Positions 44,056 to 53,647 of a DNA stretch of 64,000 nucleotides are shown in pieces. Source of the DNA: a virus (Duplodnaviria; Heunggongvirae; Uroviricota; Caudoviricetes); the IMG/VR virus record IMGVR_UViG_3300011727_000001, positions 19,900 through 83,899 of that record. One strand, given 5' to 3'. Position 1 is the first letter of the stretch. Each line of letters begins with the position of its first letter. The translations under genes and the position numbers were made by a program. Below the pieces are notes generated by a model that was given only the letters and a program-made list of their open reading frames with translations, ran no database searches and had not been told where the DNA came from.

Positions 44056-44706
44056 TTAAAGGGTGTCGGGTGGGTTTGCGAAATGACGTCGCCGGTTCAT
44101 AGCGACTTCAAATGCGTCGAGAAAATACTCTTTGGCTTCGTAGGCGCTCAGCATTGCGATTTCGTATGGCGCGCAAAGTGTCTCTGCGTGTAGCATGTCT
44201 GATGGATCATCCGGCGAGTGCGGCACGATCTGTCGGAATTCTGCAGTGCAAACGGCCTTATCCGCGATCTTAATCTCAGGAGGGAAGGGGTTGGCCAAAT
44301 TGAAGCGCTTGGCGAATACCAAGTCCGCCCGATCTTCGATAGGCTTCATGATAGCGTGAACAGCCGGATGATGTTTCACTGGCTGGATCATATCGCCAGT
44401 CATGTATTCCGGAGCGTCATGCAGTAACGCCTCAAGCTCTAAATCCGGGCGATTAAGATACTCGACCATGAATTTAGCACAGAGAACAGAATGTTCGGCC
44501 ACGGAGAATGAAATACGGCTGCGAAACTGTTTGTGCTGCGTAGCGCCATTCCAGCGATTGGCGTTAGCCAAATGATGCGCCACGACTTCAATATCGATCT
44601 CCTCGGCACTTGGATGAAATGGGTAAATCTTACGCCCATTCGCTGTGTTCATGGACGGGCCGCGATCTGTGGGATGCGCCGGAGGTTGATAAAAAGGAGA
44701 CATCAT
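44056..44706 (-). CDS. HD-domain phosphohydrolase (YfbR-like 5'-deoxynucleotidase family)
   Basis: VAEHSV...LLHDAPEYMTGD, an HD motif with the YfbR-type H...HD...E...D spacing. Confidence 0.6.
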   Translation of the reverse strand: MMSPFYQPPAHPTDRGPSMNTANGRKIYPFHPSAEEIDIEVVAHHLANANRWNGATQHKQFRSRISFSVAEHSVLCAKFMVEYLNRPDLELEALLHDAPEYMTGDMIQPVKHHPAVHAIMKPIEDRADLVFAKRFNLANPFPPEIKIADKAVCTAEFRQIVPHSPDDPSDMLHAETLCAPYEIAMLSAYEAKEYFLDAFEVAMNRRRHFANPPDTL

Positions 44707-44758
44707 TGCTTTTCTTTCTTTGTGAAATGATCGTGGGGAAGATTGTCTAACCCACGAT

Positions 44759-44782
44759 CATAACTAAGTAATTACTTACCTT
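44759..44782 (-). promoter_or_regulatory. Promoter-like motif preceded by a 9-bp inverted repeat
   Basis: CATAACTAAGTAATTACTTACC. IR GATCGTGGG / CCCACGATC at 44730-44759. Confidence 0.45.
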
Positions 44783-46145
44783 CTCGCGCACGACGAAGGG
44801 CGCGAAGTTTCTTACCGCATACACCGTAGAGCTTTTCGGCCTGTCGTTGCGAGATTTCACCAGCTTCAACACGCGTGTAAGCCTCACGATACTTCTCCGG
44901 AATTTCAGTCGGATCAGACTTTGCTTTCGGAGCAGGAGTGGCCGCCTTTACTGGCTTCTTGGCTGGCTTTTTCTTTTTCACAACCGCCTGTTTAGCTTTC
45001 TTCTCAGCCACCGCTTCTGCGACAACCTTTTTCACCTCTTTTACCGAAACACTTTCTTCAGGTTTCTTGTCATCGAGCGCAGCAACAGGTTTCGCATCCT
45101 TCTTGATTTCAGCCACCTTCGGCAGGCTGTTGCCCACAACTTCAACCTTCGGGGTGATAGAAAGATCGGTGCCTTTAGGGCCGCCGATAATAACTGCCTC
45201 AATCACTCCGATATGATCACCAGCAATAACATTGGCGAGGATTTGGGCTGATGGGGCGTGAGACGTCATAGGTTTGTTATTAATCAGCAGCGAATATGCT
45301 TCTTGAGGAAGCTTAGCCACGATGTGATAAGCAGCGGCGCGCATCTTATCCGGCTCGTTATATGGAACCGCGATCACATCTTCCGGTGCAACTTTAATCA
45401 GCGTGACCAGATCGCCGCCAAATCCGCGAATATAGCCGCGGCGCGCGACGTGCAAACCGGTCGAGCACTCAACACGACGGCTATCATCAACCATCTTTTC
45501 TGCCATAGACACGCGAGAGCCAACGCGTTGTGGCACATTCCGACTGTGGCAATCGTGAAAGAGATCGGCGGCTTTGTCGCGATATTTCAGGATCTTGTAA
45601 GCAACGATCGAGCCATCATCGGCAATCGGCAAATCGCCGCGTTCCATGAAGTTCAAAAGTTCCTGCACAGAATGCTTGCGTTTATCGATAACTTTGGAGA
45701 GACGTTCCAGAAACTTCTCAAGACCTTTGGAGTTCTGAAACGCTGCATATTCAAGCTGTTTTTCGAGCTTTTCGACGCCGGGAATTTCAACACCATTCAC
45801 CACAGCGACAGTTGTTTCCGCTTCGGGATTGACCGTTGGAGCGACGTAATGACGATCCGTTTCCTGATTGCCATTACCGAGATTGAAGTGCGAGGCAAAA
45901 TCTTTGAATTTGCGTTTGATGAAGCGAATGAAACCGCCGGACTGTTTCTCGATTTTGCTTTCGAGCGAATAATTATCCAGGTCGATCTCAACGGTTTTGT
46001 GCTTGGCGAGTGGGCGCACGATGTCGTCCATGATCGACTTGGTGCGCCAGCCAGACGCCGGCAGATTAATCTCCTTGCCTTCAGAGGTGTAGAGGGTGAC
46101 GCCATCCTTACTTGTGATGGCGGATACAATGCGAACCTTACTCAT
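44772..46145 (-). CDS. rIIB: rIIB-like protein
   Basis: Block STGLHVARRGYIRGFGG...VAPEDVIAVPYNEPDKMRAAAYHIV aligns with T4 rIIB SRGLHVCSKSYIRHFGS...VHPRDVVSIPIDYNDAKMRTCQYEV. It lies directly downstream of the rIIA-like gene. Lys/Ala-rich C-terminal tail. Confidence 0.7.
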   Translation of the reverse strand: MSKVRIVSAITSKDGVTLYTSEGKEINLPASGWRTKSIMDDIVRPLAKHKTVEIDLDNYSLESKIEKQSGGFIRFIKRKFKDFASHFNLGNGNQETDRHYVAPTVNPEAETTVAVVNGVEIPGVEKLEKQLEYAAFQNSKGLEKFLERLSKVIDKRKHSVQELLNFMERGDLPIADDGSIVAYKILKYRDKAADLFHDCHSRNVPQRVGSRVSMAEKMVDDSRRVECSTGLHVARRGYIRGFGGDLVTLIKVAPEDVIAVPYNEPDKMRAAAYHIVAKLPQEAYSLLINNKPMTSHAPSAQILANVIAGDHIGVIEAVIIGGPKGTDLSITPKVEVVGNSLPKVAEIKKDAKPVAALDDKKPEESVSVKEVKKVVAEAVAEKKAKQAVVKKKKPAKKPVKAATPAPKAKSDPTEIPEKYREAYTRVEAGEISQRQAEKLYGVCGKKLRALRRAREGK

Positions 46146-48610
46146 GCTGCTTCCTTTTCAACTACTGCGATTTTGTTGATGGTGATTGGCGCAGGAGCCG
46201 GAACTGGCTCTGCGTCAGGAATTGCTTTGATTTTGGGAGTTTGGGCGGCAAGGGTTGCCGCTTTGGCTTCAGCTTTCGCTTGTGCCTGATATTTTCGTTG
46301 AAGAGCCTTCACAACGATCATAAAGTCGTCCAGCGATGCGGCGTCATCAACATTTGCGTAAGGAAATGACTTTGCAAAGACGCTCAGATAGGCAAATTTC
46401 CGGTTCGCCTCTCTACGCTCCAAACGCAAATATCCGTAAACACTTTGCGCGGCATTAATCACCGCCTCCAGCATTTCTGAAATCCGGGCGTGTTCGCCCT
46501 GATCTTGTTTTTTGCGCTGATATTGCCCGTGCAAGCGCTCTTTCAGCCTTTGAGTGCAAAACAATGCCTTTTCAAAAACTTCGGTAAGTTTAGTTTTAGG
46601 CGGGAAAAACCATTCAGCAGCCGATCGATGATGTATAACGGATTGAACGAGCTGCGACGGTTCGCGATATCCGACGTTCTCAGCGACAAATCCCTGAGCC
46701 ATCATGACCGCGTAAAGCACCTCTTTCTTCTTGATATTTTCATGAAGAAACTCCGCCATTGCGGCATAAAGATTAACCGAACCACGCGCCTTTAACGCCG
46801 CTTCATCTTTGACATCACATGCAATCGCGACATCGCCGAAATAATTTGTAACCGTCTTCGCATAGTTCGTAACCGGCCCCACGCCATAACTGTGATACCA
46901 GTCATTTACCTGGCGAAGATAATATCGTGCTGTGACGAGAGCTGGCTCGCCCTGCTCTTTTTTATTCGGTTTCAAATTCATCAAGCTGATGAAACGAGCG
47001 TCTTCCGGCGTTTTCTTTGCGCGTTTAGGCGGTGCGGTGATCGCAACCTCTTCAACGCTGATGCCATAGCGTTGAGCTTCCTGTTTGATTTTAGCAATCA
47101 TGCCGTGTTGGCTGCGCTTCAAAACAAATGTCATGTAGCTATGAGCGTTGCCATATTCCGGATCTTTAATTTTCGCGCGTTTCCGTTCATCCGCAATAGT
47201 CGAAATCACGTCCCGTTGATTAAAACTGATATAGAGCTTTGGCATCACCTCGGCATCGGATTGATCTACCGTATCGATGCGCTTCGGCTTCGCCAGTCCA
47301 GCCCAACTGCCGACTTCGAAAGAAAATAAATTTCTATGCAAAGCCAATTTATTTGCAATGCGAAGATACAGGCGGCTTTCGACTTTAAAATCATCAATTC
47401 CACGATCCCTCGCGCGGCGGAAAACGCGACGATAATCAGGGCGAAGTTTCGCAAACTCACGTCGAACGGCCTTAACTTGGTTGCGAACCAAACGCTCAAT
47501 ATGAAAAACGGCCAGTTTCGCTGCAATGTCCTCGATCCGAACAACTGCAGCTTTTGGGCTATCATCAACCTGACGCGTTATTTCGCGATAGTCCTGGTAG
47601 TTAATTCTGCGATTCCAAATTCGCTTCTCGTTGGTCGAGATCACCGCGGCGGTATCCTTGATAATCGTCTTGGCCACCGGCTTCATGCTTTGTTCGAGAA
47701 CGCGATGGGCGCGCTGCATCAAACCAAGCAGAGTATTTTTAGTCTTATCTGTATAAGACAGGGACTCACGAGAGGGTGTTACGCCGACCGAATTAGCGGC
47801 CGCCATTACAATTAAACGATATTGATGCGGAATAAGGTTTCCGATTTTAACCAGACTGTCATGAATCTCTTTATCTGTGGTGGAGACCGGATAAAGAACG
47901 GTGCCATAAAGACAATAAACATGGCTTTCATTCATTCCGGCTCTTGGTGCCAGAATGAAATTATGCGTGGCGTTCTCGTAGTCGAAACGGTTGATCAAAT
48001 CGCCATTCAGATTGGCGACCATTCCGCCCTGCATAACTACAGAGCGAATAATCTCCTCAAACTCGGCGCGATCTTTTTCGTTTTTCAACGGAATAGAGAC
48101 GGTGACGCCGGTTTCTTCACTCGGCACTTTTACCATCTGTCGGAAGTCAGGTTTACCATCCGTCTCAGCGCCGCCGCGCGAGATCGCAAACACATGACGA
48201 AAACCACCGTTACAAGATGTCACGGAGAAGTGGTCGGAATAAGCAAATGGGGCTTTCGAACCGAGGCCGAAACCGCCGGTCTGACTGGAGTCCTGGATCT
48301 TAGTGGTGCCACCGTAGCGACAATAGATCGTGCCGATCTTGTCAGCGGGAATACCTGGGCCAAAGTCCTTAATGACCAGCTCTGTGTCAGTTAGGGTGAT
48401 TTCTACCGGAATATCACGCTTATTGGACACGATGTGCGCGTCATAGGCGTTACATACAACCTCGCGCACAACGGCGCGCTTCTTATCACGGTAAAGAGTG
48501 TCAGAAAGAACGGTAAAGAATTCTGCGGATTCTGACATTGTGAATGCGTGGGCTTTGCCACCGCCAATAATGGCGTGAGTATCGAGCCCTGCTATCTGCG
48601 ATACTTCCAT
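46142..48610 (-). CDS. rIIA: rIIA-like protein (N-terminal GHKL/HATPase_c domain)
   Basis: N-box REVVCNAYDAH (ExxxNAxDA) and G1 box KDFGPGIP. 822 aa. Adjacent to the rIIB homologue. Confidence 0.7.
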   Translation of the reverse strand: MEVSQIAGLDTHAIIGGGKAHAFTMSESAEFFTVLSDTLYRDKKRAVVREVVCNAYDAHIVSNKRDIPVEITLTDTELVIKDFGPGIPADKIGTIYCRYGGTTKIQDSSQTGGFGLGSKAPFAYSDHFSVTSCNGGFRHVFAISRGGAETDGKPDFRQMVKVPSEETGVTVSIPLKNEKDRAEFEEIIRSVVMQGGMVANLNGDLINRFDYENATHNFILAPRAGMNESHVYCLYGTVLYPVSTTDKEIHDSLVKIGNLIPHQYRLIVMAAANSVGVTPSRESLSYTDKTKNTLLGLMQRAHRVLEQSMKPVAKTIIKDTAAVISTNEKRIWNRRINYQDYREITRQVDDSPKAAVVRIEDIAAKLAVFHIERLVRNQVKAVRREFAKLRPDYRRVFRRARDRGIDDFKVESRLYLRIANKLALHRNLFSFEVGSWAGLAKPKRIDTVDQSDAEVMPKLYISFNQRDVISTIADERKRAKIKDPEYGNAHSYMTFVLKRSQHGMIAKIKQEAQRYGISVEEVAITAPPKRAKKTPEDARFISLMNLKPNKKEQGEPALVTARYYLRQVNDWYHSYGVGPVTNYAKTVTNYFGDVAIACDVKDEAALKARGSVNLYAAMAEFLHENIKKKEVLYAVMMAQGFVAENVGYREPSQLVQSVIHHRSAAEWFFPPKTKLTEVFEKALFCTQRLKERLHGQYQRKKQDQGEHARISEMLEAVINAAQSVYGYLRLERREANRKFAYLSVFAKSFPYANVDDAASLDDFMIVVKALQRKYQAQAKAEAKAATLAAQTPKIKAIPDAEPVPAPAPITINKIAVVEKEAA

Positions 48611-48635
48611 TGTTTTCTCTCTCTCTCTCGATCTG

Positions 48636-48666
48636 TAACTAAGTGATTACTTATTGTTTATAGCAG
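48636..48666 (-). promoter_or_regulatory. Promoter-like motif upstream of rIIA, followed upstream by a 12-bp perfect hairpin (48676-48704)
   Basis: CTAAGTGATTACTTATTGTTTATAGCAGACG. Hairpin ATACTCGCGGAT / ATCCGCGAGTAT. Confidence 0.5.
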
Positions 48667-48709
48667 ACGTTGAGAGGGATACTCGCGGATTCTGCATCCG
48701 CGAGTATGG

Positions 48710-49330
48710 TTAGTTGAGGTATGTCGCGGAACGACGCTCTTTATGAATATCGTTGAGGCGACATACGATAGCGTCATGGACAAACTGTTCGCGAATGTCC
48801 CAAGCAGTTTCGAAGATCAATGAGGAATTGATACTATCGCGGAGCTGCTGAATACCGCCCAGCACGACAAGAGCGTGGTGTTGTTGATAGATGGGATTGT
48901 CCGCCGGTTTTCCATCTTCAACGACATAATCCGGAAGTGGCGCGAGATAATAAAGCGTGTCGTAGTAATGCCGTGTGGCGTTCAGACAGGTATCGATAAA
49001 CTGCGCGGCGCGCTGGAGAACTTCCGGACTGACACCACTCCCATTGCTCATGGTAAACTCGCAAGCGAGGTATCCCATAAAATCAAGCGGTGTTCGATCA
49101 GTGATCAGCGGTCGTGGAAGTTTGCTAATCTGATCGATATGATTTTCCAGAAGCTTTGTCTGAAGGTAAAGGCGATCCTCCAAAGGAAGATCGCCAACGG
49201 CATTATAGCCAAGCTCCTTGGCGATTTGAGAGGTTGAAGTCTCGTAGAACTCAATTCCCAAATCGTCAGCTACCGCGCGCGCCAACGTCGTTTTGCCCGA
49301 TCTGTGAGCGCCAGTAAGCCCAAAAAGCAT
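48710..49330 (-). CDS. P-loop nucleoside/nucleotide kinase family protein (exact specificity unclear)
   Basis: Walker A GLTGAHRSGKTT. 206 aa. Adjacent to the dUTPase and ThyX genes. Confidence 0.45.
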   Translation of the reverse strand: MLFGLTGAHRSGKTTLARAVADDLGIEFYETSTSQIAKELGYNAVGDLPLEDRLYLQTKLLENHIDQISKLPRPLITDRTPLDFMGYLACEFTMSNGSGVSPEVLQRAAQFIDTCLNATRHYYDTLYYLAPLPDYVVEDGKPADNPIYQQHHALVVLGGIQQLRDSINSSLIFETAWDIREQFVHDAIVCRLNDIHKERRSATYLN

Positions 49331-49824
49331 TAATTCACCCCTGTAGAGCCGAAGCCGCCTTCACCGCGTTCAGTTTCGGAGAAATCACCACCGGTAAATG
49401 CAAACTCACCCTTGGTAACAGGTGCGATAACCATCTGGGCAATGCGGTCGCCCGGATTGACGTAGAAGGTCTGATCGGAGGTGTTCAGCAGGATAACGCC
49501 GATCTCGCCACGATAATCGCTATCAATGGTTCCCGGAGTATTCAGAACCGTCACGCCATGTTTCAGCGCGAGACCGGAGCGAGGGCGAATTTGCGCTTCA
49601 AAGCCAGGCTGCAATTCAATGGCGATACCGGTTTTGATTAAACGGCGCTGACCTGGAAGGATTGGAAGGGCCTCATGACCTGGCTGTGGGCCGTGGCTGC
49701 CGTAATCCTCTGGATAAGTTACCGCAGAAAGATCGGCACCAGCAGCGCCATCGGTGCCATAAACAGGCGCTTTGGCGTTTGGGTGCAACTTTTTAACACC
49801 AACGAGAGTTTTAGACATGATCAT
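49330..49824 (-). CDS. dut: dUTP diphosphatase
   Basis: Motif 3 GTIDSDYRGEIGVILLN and motif 5 FxxTxRGxxGFGS-like C-terminus (TERGEGGFGSTG). Confidence 0.85.
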   Translation of the reverse strand: MIMSKTLVGVKKLHPNAKAPVYGTDGAAGADLSAVTYPEDYGSHGPQPGHEALPILPGQRRLIKTGIAIELQPGFEAQIRPRSGLALKHGVTVLNTPGTIDSDYRGEIGVILLNTSDQTFYVNPGDRIAQMVIAPVTKGEFAFTGGDFSETERGEGGFGSTGVN

Positions 49825-50030
49825 CCTTTCAGGATTGTTTCCGCAGCGGCGGCATATCCGGCTGCGAGGGATTCAACTGCTGCTGTTTTGGCAGCGTCGG
49901 GAGAGAGGTGAGGCCCAGACCAGAAACATTCATCTTCGGGGCCATCATCGAGCGTCCAGTAAAAGCCTGGCTTGAGATCGGGATGGCTCCCGATCTCCTT
50001 AATTCGAAGGCTCAGAGAGACTGTCGTCAT
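49821..50030 (-). CDS. Hypothetical protein
   Basis: 69 aa. Confidence 0.3.
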   Translation of the reverse strand: MTTVSLSLRIKEIGSHPDLKPGFYWTLDDGPEDECFWSGPHLSPDAAKTAAVESLAAGYAAAAETILKG

Positions 50031-51040
50031 CCCGGCACGTATTCGTTAGGGAGCGTTTTGCGATACTGAATCCAACCTTCGCCGAGGTTGCCGGCGAGTT
50101 CAGAATGTTTCCAAGTTTTAACGCCATCACGGGAGAAGCTATCCTCGATCATGTGTCCGAAATGATCGAAGACATCAGGTTTCGCTTGATGTTCGGCAGG
50201 GGAGGCATGAAGCGGCTCAGATCCGACAAGATCGTCATATCGTTGCAATTCACGCTCATATGAAGCATCGCCGTCGAACGGAGTGTAGGAGATACGCGCA
50301 CACCGTGCAGTGGAGAGTTTGAGCAGAAGCTCCCAGAACTTCTCTGTAGAACCGGCACGACTGCCAACACGAGCGCGCGCCTCTTCGCGATCTTCATTGG
50401 TGATGTATGGCAGATGCCACTGATCGCCTTCCAGCTCCTGATATACGGCATTATCGAGCGCCTCACCGACCAGAACGGCCAGATCGCGAATATGCGGCTC
50501 GGCGTCCTTATGATCGCGCAGATGTCGGAAGTTCGCCCACTGTGTTGAAGTAACCAGAACATCAATAAACATGAACGGCTCAAGCAAGCGATTGACGATT
50601 TGCTTGTGGTAATCAGCCTTCATGAAGGCTTCCGCAACCTCTACAGCCGCATCACGCGCCTTCAACCATGCTTCTTCTGGCGACACTGACTCCTTATAAC
50701 GCGACCAGACTTCAATTCCGTCGTAATCATCCGGATTCTCGGCGTTGGAACCAAAATTAAAGACATCAACAAGCGCGTTCCAATCTTCACCGGCTTGCAT
50801 ACCTGGCTGGTTTTTACCCCAATGCCAAGGAATAAACGGCGCTGTAGTGACTTCAAGCAGCATCTTATGAGCCGGCACGGCACGCGAGGAACGCGCATTG
50901 CGGCTAAATACACGGTGCGTCATAAGCTCGGAGTGAATGATCCGAGGATAGCGCAAGTGCATGGTGACGATCGGTGGTGCGCCATTGGTGGGTTTACTGG
51001 CAAGAATTACCTTAGCGAACATCAAATCCTTAGAGGACAT
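50027..51040 (-). CDS. thyX: Flavin-dependent thymidylate synthase ThyX
   Basis: ThyX signature RHRVFSRNARSSRAVP (RHRxxxxxxxSxR). Confidence 0.85.
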   Translation of the reverse strand: MSSKDLMFAKVILASKPTNGAPPIVTMHLRYPRIIHSELMTHRVFSRNARSSRAVPAHKMLLEVTTAPFIPWHWGKNQPGMQAGEDWNALVDVFNFGSNAENPDDYDGIEVWSRYKESVSPEEAWLKARDAAVEVAEAFMKADYHKQIVNRLLEPFMFIDVLVTSTQWANFRHLRDHKDAEPHIRDLAVLVGEALDNAVYQELEGDQWHLPYITNEDREEARARVGSRAGSTEKFWELLLKLSTARCARISYTPFDGDASYERELQRYDDLVGSEPLHASPAEHQAKPDVFDHFGHMIEDSFSRDGVKTWKHSELAGNLGEGWIQYRKTLPNEYVPG

Positions 51041-51042
51041 GA

Positions 51043-51270
51043 TTACCCTTTCAGAGTTTCATCGGACACTTCCAGAAGGATCTCAGGGATCTCTTTCGTG
51101 CCTTCGTTGATTTTGGAGTGAATTGCGTCGGAGAAGATTTTCATCTCCCGATAGGAGAGACCTTGAATAATGCCGGCGAGTTGCTTGAGCTTTGCATTGG
51201 GATCTGGCTGCTTTGGAGTCGCCTCGATGCGGCGTTGATCGCGCATGTAGTCATTTAGCGACATCTTCAC
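51043..51270 (-). CDS. Hypothetical protein
   Basis: 75 aa. Confidence 0.3.
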   Translation of the reverse strand: MKMSLNDYMRDQRRIEATPKQPDPNAKLKQLAGIIQGLSYREMKIFSDAIHSKINEGTKEIPEILLEVSDETLKG

Positions 51271-51541
51271 CCCGCGCCTTCATCACAGCGACAACGGTGC
51301 GCTTCTCAAGCTCACAGCCGCAATAGCCGGTGTGTTCAGAGTGATCGATCAACAGATTGTGGTTCTCAATCGCGCAGTGAGCTAGTTCCTTAATCAGAAC
51401 CCGTTGAGCGCGGTTTTCGTTCACCAGCTTGTTGTTATGTTCAAGCAGCTCGGTAACACGGCGATCATGTTCTGCCGAATTGTCGATTGTGGAGATAAAA
51501 TTAATGCTGAAATTCGGGCGACTGCGAAACCATCCAAACAT
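51251..51541 (-). CDS. Hypothetical protein
   Basis: 96 aa. Confidence 0.3.
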   Translation of the reverse strand: MFGWFRSRPNFSINFISTIDNSAEHDRRVTELLEHNNKLVNENRAQRVLIKELAHCAIENHNLLIDHSEHTGYCGCELEKRTVVAVMKARGEDVAK

Positions 51542-51558
51542 TTCTGACTCCTGATTAT

Positions 51559-51586
51559 ATCTAAGTGCTTACTTATTATATAGCGC
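51559..51586 (-). promoter_or_regulatory. Promoter-like motif abutting a 10-bp hairpin (51583-51612) that may terminate the upstream Grx/RNR transcript
   Basis: CTAAGTGCTTACTTATTATATAGCGCG. Hairpin GCGCGTGTGA / TCACACGCGC. Confidence 0.45.
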
Positions 51587-51629
51587 GTGTGAAATGGGTC
51601 ACACGCGCTATTTTCGCTTATTTCACGGA

Positions 51630-51878
51630 TTAAAAATCATCCGACATGGTGTCGAGATACGCGGCAAGATCGTCAGCGCCGCCCACAAGTTTGTCACCAT
51701 GGAATACTTGCGGGAATGAAGTATATCCTTCAGCTTTAAAAGCGGCTCGTTGTTCGTCGGTCACCCGATGATCAACACTGTAGCCAAGGCCGCGATCGTC
51801 CAGCATCTTTTTGGCGCGATCACAATGGCTACAGCCTGGGCGAGTAATGATGTGATACTCGTTCATCATGCCTCGCAA
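51630..51878 (-). CDS. Glutaredoxin/NrdH-like redoxin
   Basis: CSHC active site in a ~80-aa thioredoxin-fold-sized protein, adjacent to the RNR genes. Confidence 0.65.
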   Translation of the reverse strand: MRGMMNEYHIITRPGCSHCDRAKKMLDDRGLGYSVDHRVTDEQRAAFKAEGYTSFPQVFHGDKLVGGADDLAAYLDTMSDDF

Positions 51879-53647
51879 GCCACACAGGCATTTTCACGCG
51901 CCTTCTTTTGCGCCGCGTTTTCACCATTGCGATAGTAAAGCGATTTCAGACCGCCCCGCCATGCTGCGCGGATAATGTCGATATCGTCCTTCATGGTAGC
52001 TTCGTTGCGAAGAACGATGTTCATGGACTGTCCCTGATCGACATAAACGCCACGATCAATGCCCTGTCGGACAACTTCATGCTGATCAATGTCGATCCAC
52101 GGTTTGAAGACTTCCTTTTCCAGATCGGTCAGAAAATCGAGATGATCAACGCGACCGCCTTGCTTCATAACTGAACGCCAGACGTCGGCGGTATCTTTTC
52201 CGTGACGCTGGAGAACTTCGCGGAAGATTGGACAGTATTGCGTGAAGATAACCTTCGCAGCATCATTTTCAAAAACGACAGCCTCTTCCGGCTCAATCGA
52301 CTTCGAAACCTGTCCACAAATGACTGAGGAGGATTGCGTCGGCGCGATAGCGTTAACGGTCAGATTACGCATACCGTAACCCTTCATCCCCTCTGGCTCA
52401 CCAAATTTCTCCGCCAGCCAGCGGGACGCGGCGATGGATTCTTCGTGAATATACTTATGAACTTCGATGTTCAAAGCCCGTGCATCTTCACTTTCGAACG
52501 GGATCATCTTCGATTTAAGCAGTGAGTGATAACCCAGGGTGCCAAGACCGAGCGCACGCCAGCGAACGGCAAAACGATGAGCATCTGCCAGCAAACGATA
52601 CTTAGGATTTTTATCCGGCTCAATCTTGTCGATGTAATCCGACATCACAGCATCGAGGAAATAAATCATTTCACGAATGAATGGGGTATTTTTCCATTCA
52701 TCATAATAGAGAAGATTTGCCGATGAGAGATTGCACACAAAACTTTCATTCGGGCTGGAAGGCAGCATGATTTCGGTGCAGAGATTTGATGCGTGAATAT
52801 CGATTCCAAGGTCTTTCAGAACCTGTGGCTTTGCGCGATTAGCGTTGCCTGGGAAGAAGATAAACGGACGACCGGTTTCGCGGCGTTTATTACGAATTTT
52901 CGCCATCAAATTACGACGAGGAGAGCCTTTTGGATCTGTTTCAAGGGCTTCCATAAATTCGTCAGTGAGACCAACAGCGAAATCAAGATGCTGGATCTTA
53001 TGATGCACACCGCCAGCGATGGAGCGCATTTTCAGCCATTCTTCAATGTCCGGATGATCAACATTGAGATAAATGCAGCATGAGCCGCGACGAACGGACG
53101 ACTGCGAAACCACCTCGATATCCTCCTGAAGGAGGCGTGCGAAGTGAACCGGCCCGTTGGACTCGCCACCTTTGCTGATCGGTGTTCCAAACGGACGCAA
53201 TGCGCTCATGGCAACCGATGTGCCAGCACCGGCACCGGTCATAGCGCCAACTTCTGCAACCTTCCACAGAATGGAGTCGAGATTGTCGTCCATATAGGAG
53301 CCGTTACATGAAATTGGCAGCGCACGTCCGGCGCCAAAGTTTGACCAGACCGGCGAAGATGGCGAGAACCAGCCACGCTTGGCGCCATGGCGCAAGGTCG
53401 GAAGAGGAAAGCCGAGAATATTTTCGGCAGCTTCAATCATATCTTCCAAGCGATCCACAGCGGCGGCGAGGAGGGCGTCATGCGCCACTCCCGCTTTTAA
53501 ATAACCGCGTGAAAGCACCTGTAGAGAGATTTCATTGAGGTGGTGATAATCTGGACGGCTCATATGTTTCTTATCCTTAAAAGTCATCGTCTTCCGCGGC
53601 ATCTGCTTGCGTGTAGCTGGTTGGTTCGGAGTTGAAGAAATCGACAC
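51866..53647 (-). CDS. nrdA: Ribonucleotide reductase class I alpha subunit (no ATP cone); real start probably an internal Met (about 53587 or 53563), to avoid overlap with nrdB
   Basis: Active-site NLCTEI, a downstream active-site Cys region, and a C-terminal CVAC redox pair. Confidence 0.75.
   Translation of the reverse strand: MSISSTPNQPATRKQMPRKTMTFKDKKHMSRPDYHHLNEISLQVLSRGYLKAGVAHDALLAAAVDRLEDMIEAAENILGFPLPTLRHGAKRGWFSPSSPVWSNFGAGRALPISCNGSYMDDNLDSILWKVAEVGAMTGAGAGTSVAMSALRPFGTPISKGGESNGPVHFARLLQEDIEVVSQSSVRRGSCCIYLNVDHPDIEEWLKMRSIAGGVHHKIQHLDFAVGLTDEFMEALETDPKGSPRRNLMAKIRNKRRETGRPFIFFPGNANRAKPQVLKDLGIDIHASNLCTEIMLPSSPNESFVCNLSSANLLYYDEWKNTPFIREMIYFLDAVMSDYIDKIEPDKNPKYRLLADAHRFAVRWRALGLGTLGYHSLLKSKMIPFESEDARALNIEVHKYIHEESIAASRWLAEKFGEPEGMKGYGMRNLTVNAIAPTQSSSVICGQVSKSIEPEEAVVFENDAAKVIFTQYCPIFREVLQRHGKDTADVWRSVMKQGGRVDHLDFLTDLEKEVFKPWIDIDQHEVVRQGIDRGVYVDQGQSMNIVLRNEATMKDDIDIIRAAWRGGLKSLYYRNGENAAQKKARENACVACEA

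Noticed and set aside
46142-48610. GHKL ATPase considered as a gyrase or topoisomerase B subunit
   Set aside because: No TOPRIM or transducer region seen. The adjacent rIIB homologue makes rIIA the better call.
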